A DNA stretch of 64,000 nt from contig JAXLNO010000284.1 in the NCBI GenBank assembly GCA_038087875.1, positions 1 to 64,000 on the forward strand. Direction: 5' to 3'. The position numbers and the translations under genes are program-made. The notes beneath the pieces are model-generated. The model saw only the letters and a list, made by a program, of their open reading frames with translations. It was not told the DNA's origin and ran no database searches. The DNA comes from Malacoraja senta (taxonomy: Eukaryota). Shown here piece by piece: positions 61,758 through 64,000 of this stretch. Within the stretch, counting starts at the first letter, position 1; each line of letters begins with the position of its first letter.

Positions 61758-63254
61758 TTTCAGAATGGCAGGCAGTGACTAGTGGGGTACCGCAAGGCTC
61801 GGTGCTGGGACCGCAGCTATTTATAATATATATCAATGATTTGGATGAAGGGATTCAAAGTAACATGAACAAATTTGCAGACGACACAAAGCTGGGTGGC
61901 AGTGTGAACTGTGAGGAGGATGCTGTGAGAATGCAGGGTGACAGGTTGGGGGAGTGGGCAGATGCTTGGCAGATGCAGTTTAATGTGGATAAATGTGAGG
62001 TTATCCACTTTGGTAGCAAAAACAGGAAGGCAGATTATTATCAAAATGATGTCAAGTTGGGAAAAGGGGAAGTACAACGGGATCTAGGGGTCCTTGTACA
62101 CCAGTCTATGAAAGTAACCATGCAGGCAGTGAAGAAAGCGAAAGGCATGTTGGCCTTCATAATAAGAGGAGTTGAGTATTGGAGCAAAGCTGTCCTTCTG
62201 CAGTTGTACAGGGCCCTAGTGAGACCACACCTGGAATATTGTGTACTGTTTTGATCTCTAAATTTGAGAAAGGACATTCTTGCTATTGAGGGAGTGCAAC
62301 GTAGGTTCAGAAGGTTAATTCCCGGGATGGCGGGACTGTCATATGCTGAGAGAATGGAGCGGCTCGGCTTGTATACTCTGGAATTTAAAAGTCTGAGAGG
62401 GGATCTTATTGAAACATATAAGATTGTTAAGGGTTTGGATACATTCGAGGCAGGAAACATGTTCCCGATGTTGGGGGAGTCCAGAACCAGGGGCCACAGT
62501 TTAAGAATAAGGGGTAAGCCATTTAGAATGGAGATGAGGAAACACTTTTTTCACACAGTGTTGTGAGTCTGTGGAATTATCTGCCTCAGAGGGCGGTGGA
62601 GCCAGTTCTCTGGATACAGTCAAGAGAGAGCTTGATAGGGCCCTTAAAGATAGAGGAGTTAGGGAATATGGGGAGAAGGCAGGAACTGGATACTGATTGT
62701 GGATGATCAGCCATGATCACATTGAATGGCGGTGCTGGCTTTAAGTGCCGAATGGCCTACTCCTGCACCTATTGTCGGGGAATCTACAACTAGGGGCTAG
62801 AGGCGTGGGTGACAGGAGAATGCTTTTACGGGCAACCTGAGGGGCAACCTTTCCAACAGAGAGTGGAGGGGACATGGAACGAATTGCCAGAGGAAGTGAT
62901 TTTCAGTGTTTAAAAAGACGTTTGGTGAGGGATACGGATTGGAAAGGTTTAGAGGGATATGGGCCAAACACAGGCAAATGGGAGCAGCCCGGGAATGCTC
63001 CTTTGTCGGCATGGACGAGCAGTAGGGCTGAAGGGCCTGTTTCTCTGTTTTGTGACTCTTTCAATGGAGGGTCGGTGACCTGACACATTAATGGGGTCAG
63101 ACCTGCAAAGCCTACAACGCGTCTCCCGTTTTCATTTCAGACTTCCAGCATGTGCGTGTTTTTATTTTTCAACAGGCTGGCGCCAGCCAGCACCACCTGC
63201 AGGGCCAACACTGCGTCCACTCAACATGCGAGGCTGTGCCCAAACAGCAGATAA

Positions 63255-63592
63255 CATAGAAAATAGGTGCAGGAGTAGGCCATTCGGCCCTTCGAGCCTG
63301 CACCGCCATTCAATATGATCATGGCTGATCATCCAACTCAGTATCCCGTACCTGCCTTCTCTCCATACCCCCTGATCCCTCTAGCCACAAGGGCCACATC
63401 TAACTCCCTCTTAAATATAGCCAATGAACTGGCCTCAACTACCTTCTGTGGCAGAGAATTCCAAAGATTCACCACTCTCTGTGTGAAAAATGTTTTTTCT
63501 CATCTCGGTCCTAAAAGACTTCCCCCTTGTTCTGGACTTCCCCAACATCGGGAACAATCTTCCTGCATCTAGCCTGTCCAACCCCTTAAGAT
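63255..63592 (-). mobile_element. CR1 3' fragment (young subfamily)
   Basis: Matches 21460-21810 apart from a small deletion. Confidence 0.88.
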
Positions 63593-64000
63593 CTCAGACA
63601 ACACAAGCCACAGGCCACGTGACAACTGGCAAAGCGTCCCAGAACACTGCACCTCAGTTTAGCTCACTACAATGCTGAGAACTATATTCTGCACTCTGTA
63701 TCTTCCCCGTTGCTCTACCTATTGAACTTGATTTGGCGATTGTGTTGATGAATATTTTTATCTGATTTGATTGGATAGCTTACAAAACAAAGCTTTTCAC
63801 TGTACACCAGCCCCACATGTAATAATAATAAAGCTAAACCTGAGGTACAGAAAGGATCCAGGTGCCTTGGCCCATCGAGTCCATGCTCACCATCAATCAC
63901 CCTTTCATACTAGTTCTATGTACATAAGTTCACATGTTCAAGGAGCAGAATTGCCATTCGGCCCATCATTTACTACACCATTCAATCATGGCTGATCTAT

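Larger units (their letters stand above)
56661..62775 (+). mobile_element. 5'-truncated CR1 split in two (56661-56749 and 61758-62775) by a Rex1/Babar insertion
   Basis: GGGTCCCT|TTCAGAATG is contiguous in the sister copy at 49481-49498. Confidence 0.88.

Overview
Eukaryotic, repeat-dense vertebrate DNA, most likely a cartilaginous fish such as a skate or ray (inferred from the CR1, HE1-like SINE and Penelope repertoire). 1-20449 is a CpG-rich 20-bp satellite (consensus about AAATCCGGCAAGGTCGCCAY). It carries two nearly identical defective 4.7-kb Gypsy (Mag-like) LTR elements that were duplicated together with their satellite flanks as a ~9.7-kb tandem unit. The array ends at a third, inverted, more diverged copy of the same Gypsy family, which is cut by a near full-length CR1 LINE that itself contains a Penelope-like element (20450-28700). 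On the minus strand from 56530 to 30001 lies a spliced SUN2-like (LINC-complex nuclear envelope) gene. Twelve exons could be read by hand, but it has a nonsense codon, a frameshift, damaged acceptors and missing exons, so it looks like a pseudogene. Its introns hold CR1, SINE, Penelope (with hammerhead-ribozyme cores), Tx1-like and Helitron pieces. 56661-62775 is a CR1 > Rex1/Babar > Gypsy triple nest. All alignments were done by eye; no database search was run.
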